Origin: an uncultured Acidobacteriota bacterium
GTDB lineage: Bacteria; Acidobacteriota; UBA6911
NCBI GenBank assembly: GCA_963843575.1
Contig: CAWJKZ010000023.1
Coordinates: forward strand, 41,713 to 105,712
Direction of reading: 5' to 3'
Length of the DNA stretch: 64,000 nucleotides
How positions within the stretch are numbered: the stretch's first letter is position 1; each line of letters begins with the position of its first letter. The position numbers and the translations under genes are program-made. The notes beneath the pieces were generated by a model. It did no database searches, was not told the origin of the DNA, and saw nothing but the letters and a program-made list of their open reading frames with translations. Below, piece after piece: positions 50,739 through 60,104 of the stretch.

Positions 50739-52388
50739 CTAATTTGCTATTTCGGGGAATCGTGCGCGATCCGCTGCAAGGAGCTCCAGGATCCAGCCGG
50801 CCACCTTTCGACGAAACGATTCGACATACTTCTCGGTCGACAGGACTTGCGCACGGTCGTGGGCGTCTCCTCCTTGAACCCGTTCGAACCGGCCCGTTGG
50901 AACTGAACCGCGCAGCACGGCCAGCTCCGCCCGGACACGGTCCGACTGTTCACCCGACGAGCGTGTCAGCATCCACTCCAGGGTTTGCAGGTAGCGCATG
51001 TCGTCGGTCGCCTCCCGGAACCCTTCCCACGAGACGGCAAACACCAGGGGACCGCCGGGGCGGCGCGGCGGCCACACCATGCTCGCGGTGGATTCGGCCA
51101 GGGGGCCGTCGAAATCGTCGTAGGGATCGCCTGACGAGTAGTTGTACGCCCAGAACCAGTCGGCCTCGGCCCTGAACTTCCACGGAGTCCAGGCCATGGA
51201 GTGGCGGACCGACGCGGCATTCCTGCTCGTGGCGGAGCCATACAGCCAGAACGGCTTGCCGGTCTTGTCGGCCAGGTCCCGGATCCGCGCAAAATCGCCG
51301 TTCGAGACGAAGATGTCGACCATGTGTGCGATCGCCTGCGCCCACTCCAGGCGGTCCATCGTGACGCCATAGATCCGAAGTTCCGGCCAGAAAGACTTGA
51401 TGAAGCGATAGCGGTTCTCGTGCTCGGCCATCAAACGCTCGGTCGGCTCGTCGTAGATCAGGAAGACGAGCTCGGGCCATCGCTTCTGGCGCGCATGTTC
51501 CCGGATCGCCAGCATCAGTTCCTTGAGCAGCAGGTTCAGCCTTGGGCTGGAGATGTCGGCGAAGACCTTCGTTTTGCCGTCCACCTCTGTTTCGGGCATC
51601 ATCGGAAGGTTGAAGAGGCTGGCCAGCCTGCTTTCCAGGTGGCTCTTCGAATCGTTCCCGAGAGACCACACGACCGGCCCGCGCAGCCCGGCGGCCGAGA
51701 AGTCGTCCATCCAGCGATCGACGACCGAGAAATCCACGGCCAGCCTGTCGTCCTTGTTCGCCAGCCCCACCGACACACTGCCCCAGAAAAACTGCAGGGC
51801 AGCGAATCCGCGCTCGTGCAGGTCGGCCAGGTGTTTCGGTGTGATCGCGACATCCCGCGCTCCACAGAATGCCCCGTAGAAGAACTTTGCGTCCGCTCGC
51901 AGCCTGAACGGGTACACCTCGAGCGGCACCGCGAGCGACGCGCCGCCCAGCTTGATCGAAAGATCGTAGCGTCCCGGGGGCGCTCCGGGTTCCGTTTTGA
52001 AAACGAGGTAGTAGACGGCTCGCCCTCCGGCCGGCAACTCTGCGCCGGTTGCCTCCTCCATGAAATAAGGCAGCGTTACGCCCTGGTCGTTCCTCCGGCG
52101 GAGGCGGTGCTCCGTGATGCGGTAGGTTTTGAACGAGACGCCGCCGGGGAGCCCGGTTACTGCGAAGCCGGAGGTTATGGCTTCGTCCCCGGCGGCGACG
52201 AGCACCGCCAGGGGTTCGTGCTCACCGAGCGAGGCGCTGATCCGGGCCGAGGTCAGCGGTGTTAACGAATCCAACGGGCACGGCAGGTCCATGTAGTCGA
52301 CCGGCTGCAGGACGGTTGCGGCGCCAAAGGCGCTGGCGGCACTGAAGGCCGCCAACAGGGCTGACAGAATCCGGGCAGCGAATCTCAC
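50739..52388 (-). CDS. Secreted glycoside hydrolase-like protein (GH123/DUF4091-like)
   Basis: Signal peptide, GEHEP, IYDEP, FWLY, WAYN, WEGFREATDDMRYL. Confidence 0.6.
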   Translation of the reverse strand: MRFAARILSALLAAFSAASAFGAATVLQPVDYMDLPCPLDSLTPLTSARISASLGEHEPLAVLVAAGDEAITSGFAVTGLPGGVSFKTYRITEHRLRRRNDQGVTLPYFMEEATGAELPAGGRAVYYLVFKTEPGAPPGRYDLSIKLGGASLAVPLEVYPFRLRADAKFFYGAFCGARDVAITPKHLADLHERGFAALQFFWGSVSVGLANKDDRLAVDFSVVDRWMDDFSAAGLRGPVVWSLGNDSKSHLESRLASLFNLPMMPETEVDGKTKVFADISSPRLNLLLKELMLAIREHARQKRWPELVFLIYDEPTERLMAEHENRYRFIKSFWPELRIYGVTMDRLEWAQAIAHMVDIFVSNGDFARIRDLADKTGKPFWLYGSATSRNAASVRHSMAWTPWKFRAEADWFWAYNYSSGDPYDDFDGPLAESTASMVWPPRRPGGPLVFAVSWEGFREATDDMRYLQTLEWMLTRSSGEQSDRVRAELAVLRGSVPTGRFERVQGGDAHDRAQVLSTEKYVESFRRKVAGWILELLAADRARFPEIAN

Positions 52389-52489
52389 GTGGAGTCTCCT
52401 CTTTCATGACGCATGGACAACGGATGCTGCTGCGAGAATACCACCGGCCGAGACAAACAGGACCCCGAAAGACACGCGGGCGGCAATGT

Positions 52490-52843
52490 GGAGTGCGGCG
52501 GCTCGACGCCGCTTTTGCTCGTCCTGCGGCAGGAATGCTCGGCGCCTCGGCGCCATGCCGAATTGCGAGAGGCGACCCTGCGACCCCGGCCTGTGGCGGC
52601 GCCTAGTCGCCGCCACCAAAGCGGCGTCGAGCCGCCGCACTCCAGAGGGCTTTCGTGCTGGAAAAACATGAATCCGGGGCGAGTAGTGACCTCGCCTGTC
52701 ACATCGCGCAAGATCCTCCTCGTTCAATCCGGACGAACTGAAGTCATCTGGAGTGCGGCGCCTCGGCGCCTTGGCGCCACGCCGAATTGCGAGAGGCGAC
52801 CCTGCGACCCCGGCCTGTGGCGGCGTCGAGCCGCCGCACTCCA
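52490..52843. repeat. BIME-like cluster of GGAGTGCGGCG-type REP palindromes with an ~55-bp internal direct repeat
   Basis: GGAGTGCGGCGGCTCGACGCCGCTTT / AAAGCGGCGTCGAGCCGCCGCACTCCA pairs; other copies near 24322, 47688-47800 and 50602-50739. Confidence 0.85.
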
Positions 52844-52897
52844 CAATGAGCGCCGCCATGGCTTGGCGGGAGGCCGTGCCGGTCGGGAAAGTGCGGC

Positions 52898-54055
52898 TCA
52901 CACGGGTTGGGTCATTTCGTTGGCGACGATCAGGATGAATCCGGGGACCCACCCCATTTTGTGCTCGTCCATGGAAATGACGTGCTGTTCGGCCGGAAGG
53001 GCCCAGCCGGTATAAGCGGCCGTAATCGTGCCATCGGATCTGATGTTCTTCTTCACGAAGCTCCACGCTCGTGTTGCGGCATCGAGGTGGGAGGGTGGGA
53101 GCCAACCCTTCCTGACGGCTTCGTGGATAACGCTGGCGAACATCGCCGTCCCGGTGGTCTCGAGCGGTGTTTCAGAGTCGTCCAGCAGGACGCGGAGGCC
53201 TCCCGAACTGTGCTGAACGCGCGCCACCCCGGCTGCCAGGAATCGCAGGTGTTGCAGGCAGAACTGGACCGCCGGGTTTTTGCGCGGCAGCAGACGGAGC
53301 ACCGCGGTTATTGCCCAGAGCAGCCATCCCGAAGCCCGCGTCCAATAGGTCTGGCCCAAACCGTTCCTGAAAAGCACGGTCCGGGCGAGACCCGTATCGG
53401 AGGACAGGAAAGTGTTGATGTAGACGCGCAACTGACAGAGCGCCTGTTCGAGGAAACAGAGGCCCTGTTGGGGTGCAAGCGCATAGGCACTCATCAGCGC
53501 TCGGACGGCGAAGTAGCAGGTGTCGGGAATGGCAAATTCGCCGCTGTCGTCGTGCTCCACCATCCCGAGCCGGTTGCGCGCCGTCTGGTGCAGGATGGCC
53601 TGCGCCAGTTCGATGCAGACCCGCCGCGCTCGCGGCGAGCCGAATCGCACCGCCATCTCGTAGCAGGGGAAAGCCAGGCCGAAGTGCCCGGCATAGGTCG
53701 TGATGTGGATACCGCCTGCGATCAGCTCCCTCGACCGAGCGCCGCTGTAGGAGCTCAGTGTCCCCGAACTGAGGTGGTGCTCGAGCCAGCGTTCGGCAAA
53801 GCCCCGGACATCGGCGACACCGCGCCCGTGCCACTCGAGGAGGCCCTGCAGGAGGATGGTCCCGAACCAGTCCGTGTTGAGCGAGGCCGGGCTCTGTTGC
53901 AGGGTATTGGCGATGATTGCCCTGACTCCTTCAGGGATAGGGGCGGAGGCAGGCGGCACACCGGCGAGGCCAGCTCCGAGAGGCATGAGCGCGAGTGCCT
54001 TCAGAACATCACGCCGGGCCAGCCCTTGTCGATCAATCTCGTCCTTCGGGATCAC
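52898..54055 (-). CDS. Tat-exported GH88/GH105 unsaturated glycuronidase-like protein
   Basis: LARRDVLK Tat motif; IPDTCY, WTRASGW, LETTGTAM. Confidence 0.8.
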   Translation of the reverse strand: MIPKDEIDRQGLARRDVLKALALMPLGAGLAGVPPASAPIPEGVRAIIANTLQQSPASLNTDWFGTILLQGLLEWHGRGVADVRGFAERWLEHHLSSGTLSSYSGARSRELIAGGIHITTYAGHFGLAFPCYEMAVRFGSPRARRVCIELAQAILHQTARNRLGMVEHDDSGEFAIPDTCYFAVRALMSAYALAPQQGLCFLEQALCQLRVYINTFLSSDTGLARTVLFRNGLGQTYWTRASGWLLWAITAVLRLLPRKNPAVQFCLQHLRFLAAGVARVQHSSGGLRVLLDDSETPLETTGTAMFASVIHEAVRKGWLPPSHLDAATRAWSFVKKNIRSDGTITAAYTGWALPAEQHVISMDEHKMGWVPGFILIVANEMTQPV

Positions 54056-54186
54056 GGGCCCATTGTAGTTGATCCCGCTGACACGGCGGGCGGAAAATGC
54101 CTGCGCTACCTGGGTGGATCCGCGTCTATCCGCGTCCCCAAAAACGTCATCGTATTTATTCGACTAACCACTTACAGTACTCGGCC

Positions 54187-55866
54187 ATGGGGCTGCGCGA
54201 ATATCAACTCGAATGCCTTAGATCCATTCTCGAGCGGTACAAGGCGGGCGTTCGGCGCCAGTTAGTCTGCCTTCCGACCGGCACCGGCAAGACAGTCATA
54301 TTTTCCCAGTTTCCGGCCTTCTTCCGGATGAAGCGACGAATGCTGGTCCTCGCGCATCGAGCCGAACTGCTCGACCAGGCGCGGGAGAAGCTGCTTGCGG
54401 CCAACCCTGCCATTCAGGTGGAAATCGAACAGGGTGGCCGAAACGCATCCGAAGCCAGCAATGTGGTCGTCGCCTCGGTCCCGACCCTGGGCAGGAGCCA
54501 TTCCAAACGGCTGGCCGGGCTCGATCCCGATCAATTCTCGATAGTAGTGATCGACGAAGCACACCACGCGACGGCGGAAACCTACGGCCGGATCATCGAG
54601 CACCTCGGAGTGGGGCGGCCCGATACGAGCAAGCTCCTCGTGGGATTCACCGCGACACCGAAACGCAGCGACGGCGTGGGCCTGCACGACGTCTTCGACG
54701 AGATCTCGTTTTCACGAACCATTCCCCAGATGATGGATGCAGGCTATCTCGCACCCGTGGCAGGGTATCGGGTCGAGACCGAAGTGGATCTTTCGAAGAT
54801 CAGGACGAGCATGGGAGATTTCGTCGTTTCGCAGCTGTCCCAGGCCGTGAACGTCCACGAGCGCAATGCCCTGGTTGTGAAGGCATTTCGCAGATTGGTC
54901 CCGGAGAGGCGGACACTGGTATTTTGCGTGGACGTCGCCCACGCAGTCGACCTCGCCGCGGCATTCACGCGGCAGGGCATAGCGGCCGCGGCAGTCACCG
55001 GCGATACGCCTGCCGGAGAGCGCGCCGGGATCCTGGCCTCATTCTCTTCCGGCCGCCTGCAGGTTTTGACAAACTGCATGGTGCTTACCGAAGGATACGA
55101 CGAGCCGGCGGTGGACGGTGTCATCCTGGCGCGGCCCACGAAATCCGCTCTCCTGTATACCCAGATGATCGGCCGCGGCACGAGGCTTCATGCGGGCAAG
55201 ACCAATGTGACGGTGGTGGACATTGTCGACAACTCGATCAAGCATTGCCTGGTGACACTGCCCTCGCTATTCGGCCTCGCCGAGAAATTCAACCTCAAGG
55301 GCAGGACGACCGCCGACGTGGAACGTGCAATTCAATGGGTCGAAACGCACCGGCCATGGGTCAGAACCGACCGGGCGATGGATCTGGATGACCTCAGGCT
55401 TCGCTGCAAGCGTGTCGATCTCCTGGAACTGCGCCTTCCCGACGAACTCGCCGAGGCAGATTTTGCGTGGGTTGAGGTCGGGCGGAATTCGTACAGGCTG
55501 GGATTGGGGAGCGGCGAATACCTGACCTGCGCATCGACCATACTCGACAAGTGGGAAGTCGTGCTCCGCGCTCCCGACCCGCAAATCAACGGCAACGTAG
55601 TGGCGGCGGGAGCCGAACTCGCCAGCGTGATCTCCCATGCCGAAGATTTCATCAGGCGGACGCGATCAGAGGTGCTGGGACTGGTGGATCTGGGTGCCTC
55701 ATGGCGTTGGCAGCCTGCCACCGAAAGGCAGATCGAGTGCATCCGGCGCGCACGTATCGACCCTCCCCCCAACATCAGCCGGGGCCAGGCCAGCCATCTA
55801 ATAGCGATGTTGTCGCACACCGGTCGAGCAGGGCAGCAGACCACTGCGTCCGCGACCTTGCTGTAG
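54187..55866 (+). CDS. SF2 DEAH helicase (ResIII/Irc3-like)
   Basis: LREYQ, PTGTGKT, IDEAHH, GFTATP, VLTEGYD, QMIGRGTR, PATERQ. Confidence 0.93.
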   Translation: MGLREYQLECLRSILERYKAGVRRQLVCLPTGTGKTVIFSQFPAFFRMKRRMLVLAHRAELLDQAREKLLAANPAIQVEIEQGGRNASEASNVVVASVPTLGRSHSKRLAGLDPDQFSIVVIDEAHHATAETYGRIIEHLGVGRPDTSKLLVGFTATPKRSDGVGLHDVFDEISFSRTIPQMMDAGYLAPVAGYRVETEVDLSKIRTSMGDFVVSQLSQAVNVHERNALVVKAFRRLVPERRTLVFCVDVAHAVDLAAAFTRQGIAAAAVTGDTPAGERAGILASFSSGRLQVLTNCMVLTEGYDEPAVDGVILARPTKSALLYTQMIGRGTRLHAGKTNVTVVDIVDNSIKHCLVTLPSLFGLAEKFNLKGRTTADVERAIQWVETHRPWVRTDRAMDLDDLRLRCKRVDLLELRLPDELAEADFAWVEVGRNSYRLGLGSGEYLTCASTILDKWEVVLRAPDPQINGNVVAAGAELASVISHAEDFIRRTRSEVLGLVDLGASWRWQPATERQIECIRRARIDPPPNISRGQASHLIAMLSHTGRAGQQTTASATLL

Positions 55867-55996
55867 AGCGCCCCGTCTAGCTTTGCCCGCGTTCATCCGC
55901 GTCCAAGAAGGCTTTTGGGGTGTCCCGCCTTCACGGTTGAACTTCCACTTCGTTTGCTGTTTCACAGCTGTGTGTTTGTGATTAGAATCGCCGCGG

Positions 55997-57664
55997 ATGG
56001 ACGAGCGCACTATCAAGTACTATGACGACAACGCCGAGAAAATCTACTTACGCTATGAGGCTGCGCAGAGTCCCATCGTGAGGTATCTAAGACTGGCGTT
56101 CCGGCCAGGGGCGGAACTTCTCGACATCGGTGCCGGATCCGGCCGCGACCTGAGAGTGATGATTCGCGAGGGGTACGAGGCTTACGGCGCCGAGCCGAGT
56201 GATAGGCTGCGCTCCATCGCAATCGCGAAAGATCCCAGCCTCGCCGCCCGGCTCACATCAGGCTCGCTCCCCGGCCTGGCTCCTCAACTTGACCGGGAAT
56301 TCGATGGCGTCGTCTGCAGCGCTGTGTTCATGCATATCCCCGAACAGCAGCAATTTGACGCCGCCTTCGACATCCGCAGCCTGTTGAAACGGCACGGGCG
56401 TCTTCTGCTGTCGATCCCACGCACGCGCTCTGACGTTCAGGCCGACAGCCGCGACACCGAGGGCCGGTTGTTTGTCCAGTCAGTTCCGGAGTCCGTGCAG
56501 CTTCTCTTTGAGCGGCTCGGGTTCCAGTGCATTGGTATCTGGGAAGATGAGGACCTATTGGGCCGCCCCGGCTTCACGTGGACAACCCTCCTGTTGGAAT
56601 TGAGGACGGGGGAGCAAGTCCGTCCCATCGACCAGATCGAGGGCGTTTTAAACCGGGACAGAAAGGTGGCGACTTACAAGCTTGCCCTTTTCCGAGCCCT
56701 CGCTGATATCGCGATGACCGGGCATCGCGCTGCGCGATGGCGATCCGACGGATTTGTCGGCATCCCTGTCCGCTCGATTGCCGAGCGCTGGGTTTACTAC
56801 TACTGGCCTTTGCTGGATGACGGGTCACTGTTTATCCCGCAAATCCGTGGCGAAAAGAGGGACGGCCGGTTGCGGATCGGGTTTAGGCCGCATTTGGACC
56901 GATTGATCGCGGAGTTTCGCCAGGCTGGTGGACTCGACGGATTTGCCATCGCATACAGGAACGATTCGCTGACCGCGCACCAGCGTGATCTCTTGCGAGG
57001 GACGCTGGCAAAACTCGTTTCGGTAATCGTCCAAGGTCCTGTGACCTATGCGGGCGGTGCATTAGGTACTGGGCGCCTCTTTCGATTTGACTCGGCACAT
57101 GGGCATGTGATCGTGAGCCCGGAGATCTGGCGCGAACTGTCGCTTTCCGGACACTGGATCCAGGATGCGCTCATCCTGCGCTGGGCGGAACTCACTGCAG
57201 AGATTTCCAGCCAGTCAATTGCGCCGAGTGAGGTAATCGACTGCCTCCTTCGTGTGCCCACATTCGATCGTAATGTTCAGGACGCCAAGAGGGTCTTTCT
57301 CAACATGCAGACGAAGGAGTGCGCCTGGAGTGGTGTTTCCCTGGGAAACAGGTTTGAAGTGGATCATGTCCTCCCGTTCTCATTATGGCGGAACAACGAT
57401 CTGTGGAACCTCCTTCCAACAACCAGGGCCATGAACCAAGCGAAGCGGGACGGCATTCCTACAACACGCCTGCTGAGACACCGGAAGGATGTGATCGTCG
57501 GCTACTGGGATGCAGTCAGGGGTGCAAATCCATGCCGGTTCGAGCACGAGCTGACACGGCTGACCGGGGGAACCAGCCAGCTCGAGGCGGCGTTCAATCT
57601 TGTCGTCGAGGCGGCGGAGATAACGGCCTTGCAGCGCGGGTGCCTGCGCTGGGAGCCTGCCTAA
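55997..57664 (+). CDS. Class I SAM methyltransferase fused to an HNH endonuclease
   Basis: LLDIGAGSGRD, SAVFMH; ATYKLALFRAL; CAWSG, VDHVLPFSLW.NNDLWNL.P....N..K. Confidence 0.88.
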   Translation: MDERTIKYYDDNAEKIYLRYEAAQSPIVRYLRLAFRPGAELLDIGAGSGRDLRVMIREGYEAYGAEPSDRLRSIAIAKDPSLAARLTSGSLPGLAPQLDREFDGVVCSAVFMHIPEQQQFDAAFDIRSLLKRHGRLLLSIPRTRSDVQADSRDTEGRLFVQSVPESVQLLFERLGFQCIGIWEDEDLLGRPGFTWTTLLLELRTGEQVRPIDQIEGVLNRDRKVATYKLALFRALADIAMTGHRAARWRSDGFVGIPVRSIAERWVYYYWPLLDDGSLFIPQIRGEKRDGRLRIGFRPHLDRLIAEFRQAGGLDGFAIAYRNDSLTAHQRDLLRGTLAKLVSVIVQGPVTYAGGALGTGRLFRFDSAHGHVIVSPEIWRELSLSGHWIQDALILRWAELTAEISSQSIAPSEVIDCLLRVPTFDRNVQDAKRVFLNMQTKECAWSGVSLGNRFEVDHVLPFSLWRNNDLWNLLPTTRAMNQAKRDGIPTTRLLRHRKDVIVGYWDAVRGANPCRFEHELTRLTGGTSQLEAAFNLVVEAAEITALQRGCLRWEPA

Positions 57665-58037
57665 CCCACCGGTTGCCGAAGAGGACGGATCTCCCTGGCG
57701 ACGCCGAGGCGCCGCCAGGGTGCTGTTTCGGCCACGGCTCGACCACAAAGGTCACGCCGACGGACACAGCAAATAACTTTGAGACCCTTCGAGCCTTCGG
57801 GTCCTTGAGGTGAGTTTTACAAAATCCCACCTCGAAGGCTCCGAGGCTCCAAGCATCTCGAAGTCCGGAAGCCGACGGACACGTGGCGGCTGCTATCGGC
57901 ATCGCCTGCTCGGTCCCACAGGAGTTCTTGTAGTAGAATCGCCGCCATGATCCATTCCGAAACCCGGCTGAGCCGGTTTCTGTGCCGCCGCGGATCGAAG
58001 TTCGGACGGAAACCACTAACCAAGGAGATAGCGACCC

Positions 58038-59485
58038 ATGGCCAAAGTCACTCGTCGTAATTTCTTGAAATCTTCGGCTGCCGGAGCCGGCGTTTTGATA
58101 TGCGGCACCGCGGCCACATCCCGCGTGTTCGGAGCCAACGAACGCCTGCGCGTCGCGGTCGTGGGGGTCAACGGCCGCGGGACCGCCCACATCAGCGGCT
58201 ATCTGGAACAACCTGACGTGGAAATCGCGTATCTGGTCGATCCCGACCAGAACGTTTTGGATCAGAGACTGAAAGCCCTCCAGCAGAAGATCCAGGGCAA
58301 ATTCACCTGCAAGGGTGTGGCGGACGTGCGTAAGGCACTGGAAGACAAGACGCTCGATGCGATCTCCATCGCCGCCCCGAACCACTGGCATTCGCTGATG
58401 ACGATCTGGGCAGCCCAGGCCGGCAAGCACGTCTACGTCGAGAAACCGATGAGCCACGACATTGCCGAAGGCCGCGCCGCCTGGGAAGCGCAGAAGAAGT
58501 ACAAGGTGGTCGTGCAGCACGGCACCCAGAGCCGCAGCAGCGCCGACATCGCGGGACTGCACCAGGCCATCCACGAGGGGAAGTTCGGCAGGCTCAAGAT
58601 CTCCTATGGTTACGCATGCAAGCCGCGCGTCGGCATCGGTTTCAAGGCGCCTTGCGATCCTCCCGCCGACCTGGACTGGAACCTGTGGCGCGGCCCGGCG
58701 GTCATCAATCAGTTTCACGAGAACTTCGTCCATTACAACTGGCACTGGTTCTGGGTCACCGGTAACGGCGAACTCAACAACCAGGGAACCCACCAGCTGG
58801 ACATGGCCTACTGGGCGATCGATCCCGGATCACGCATCCACGCCGTGCCATGGCCATCGGCGGCCGGTTCAAGTGGGACGACCAGGGCGAGACACCCAAC
58901 ACGATGTTCGGCATTGCCGAATATCCAAACAGCCAATGGGTTTTCTTCAACGTCCGCAACGTGAACTACGAGGGTTATCAGCAGCAGGTCGAGAACGAGT
59001 ATTACTTCGAGGATGGCGGGAAGATCGTGCGCGGGCAGTACTACGCCAAGGGCAGCGACAAGGGCGAGAAGGCATCGGTGCCGCCGGGAAGGTCACTCCC
59101 GGCGGCAACTGGGGCGCCTTCGCCGCGGCCTGCCGCGCAGCTGACCCGAGATGGCCAACGGCAACGCGGCCCAGGCGCATTACAGCTGCACGCTGGGGCA
59201 CGTGATCAACAACTCTTACCGGCTGGGCAAGAAGGTGCCTTTCAACGCGAAGGCGGGCCGATTCGGCGACAACAAGGACGCCTACGAACACTTCATGAAG
59301 CTGCACGCGGTCATGCGCGACGGCGTTGGGGTGCCGGAGACCAGGCCGAATACATCGTCGGCCCGTGGCTGACCTTCGATGCCCAAACCGAGCGGTTTAC
59401 CGGCGAATTCGCAGCCGAGGCAAACAAGCTTGCGAAGGACCCGCACCGTCCCGGTTTCGAAGTGCCCGCGGCGGACAAGGTTTGA
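58038..59485 (+). CDS. Tat-exported Gfo/Idh/MocA oxidoreductase, frameshifted
   Basis: TRRNFLK, GANERLRVAVVG, APNHWH, KHVYVEKP, HYNWHW, NQGTHQLD. Confidence 0.88.
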
Positions 59486-59687
59486 AGCGTCATTGTCTCG
59501 TCCCCGCTCCGTCCGGGAACCGGGGGCTCGGGTTGCCTCACATGGGTTCGACGGTTGCCGCTCGGTTCTGATCGGCGCTCCTGCACGCTTTTGCGGGCGC
59601 CCAGGCCGAGCACGTCCCGCGCTTCCAGGCGCTGCCCGTTTGAAGCGGCGGTCGCGGACGCAGTGGATCATCGAGGTGCTTACACAC

Positions 59688-60083
59688 TCACTCGATTCGT
59701 TTCAGGAAGTCGACTGGCGAGAGGGGAGGTACCGGGGATCTCCGATAATCAGCGGTGTTGCGGGTGACGATGAAAGAGGCGCCGAAAGCCAGAGCCGCGG
59801 CAGCCTGCAAGGCATCATTGAGGTCATGCATGAGGAATTCCAGGGCTTGCACGGCGGCGTCAGTCCCTGTCGGGGGGACCTCCACGAACTCCAGTAGTTC
59901 GCGGATGAACGGGCGGGCGTCCGGGCGTAACAGGCAGCTCAAATTGGCGATCGAGTGCCATGCAACGGCCGTTCGGCCCGGTTCGGACCCCGCCCAATGC
60001 AGCACCGCCGCGCTGCTTTCGAAAAACTCCGCGCGGTGGAGGGCCACGTCGAGCAGAAGATCGGTGTCCAGCAGTGCTCTCAT
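59688..60083 (-). CDS. PIN-domain (VapC-like) protein, no adjacent antitoxin
   Basis: MRALLDTDLLLDV...NDALQAAAA....IVTRNTADY. Confidence 0.8.
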   Translation of the reverse strand: MRALLDTDLLLDVALHRAEFFESSAAVLHWAGSEPGRTAVAWHSIANLSCLLRPDARPFIRELLEFVEVPPTGTDAAVQALEFLMHDLNDALQAAAALAFGASFIVTRNTADYRRSPVPPLSPVDFLKRIE

Positions 60084-60104
60084 TTGTCGTCTAGAGGTGC
60101 CCGT

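Noticed and set aside
52490-52843. Possible CRISPR array
   Set aside because: Repeats are inverted pairs with duplicated interiors, have no unique spacers and no cas genes.
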